The notes beneath the pieces are model-generated. The model was not told the DNA's origin, did no database searches, and saw nothing but the letters and a program-made list of their open reading frames with translations. A DNA stretch of 60,866 bases, filler included, from Ionaspis alba (lineage: Eukaryota): NCBI GenBank assembly GCA_964255285.1. It is 7 parts of 7 records of this genome, joined end to end, with 100 filler letters (N's around TTAATTAATTAA, not from the genome) between each part and the next. Parts side by side here need not be neighbours in the genome. Positions count along the whole stretch, not along the records: positions 52,270 to 60,866 come from CAXUUL010000728.1; 6 more parts are not named here. One strand, given 5' to 3'. The translations under genes and the position numbers were made by a program. This document shows, piece by piece, positions 60,846-60,866 of this stretch (position 1 is its first letter; each line of letters opens with the position of its first letter).

Positions 60846-60866
60846 CTTCGAAGACGTTAGTCAGTC

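Overview
Intron-rich DNA from a filamentous ascomycete (Pezizomycotina, inferred from gene families and GT-AG introns with CTRAC branch sites). It is not one locus: seven unrelated ~8.6 kb contigs (1-8627, 8728-17347, 17448-26059, 26160-34767, 34868-43468, 43569-52169, 52270-60866), in descending length order, are joined by an artificial 100-nt N44-TTAATTAATTAA-N44 linker, and there are three internal 100-N scaffold gaps. Neighbourhoods across linkers are therefore meaningless. Most genes are housekeeping: RBM5/10-like splicing factor, molybdopterin synthase large subunit, CENP-O, acetyl-CoA transporter, Nop4, MAPR/cytochrome b5-like protein, agmatinase, aspartic protease, UBE2O-like E2, PCA1-like P1B ATPase, ARPC1, U1A/U2B'', Mdm1/SNX, ADAM protease, acetyl-CoA synthetase, arabitol dehydrogenase-like MDR, CE1 esterase, DUF3752 protein, Vps8 and an intron-containing tRNA-Ile(UAU). 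The best leads are: (1) an unannotated, densely base-paired ~220-310 nt minus-strand element with a TATA box at 4429-4779 that looks like a structured ncRNA gene I cannot assign to a known family; (2) a small Cys/His protein fused to poly-Ala and a prion-like (GGQQQ/WGQQQ)x8 tail; (3) a 414-nt agmatinase intron with a hairpin-hidden, frameshifting alternative 5' splice site; (4) a hydrolase-NB-ARC-TPR fungal NLR. All family calls come from motif recognition by eye; no database searches were run.
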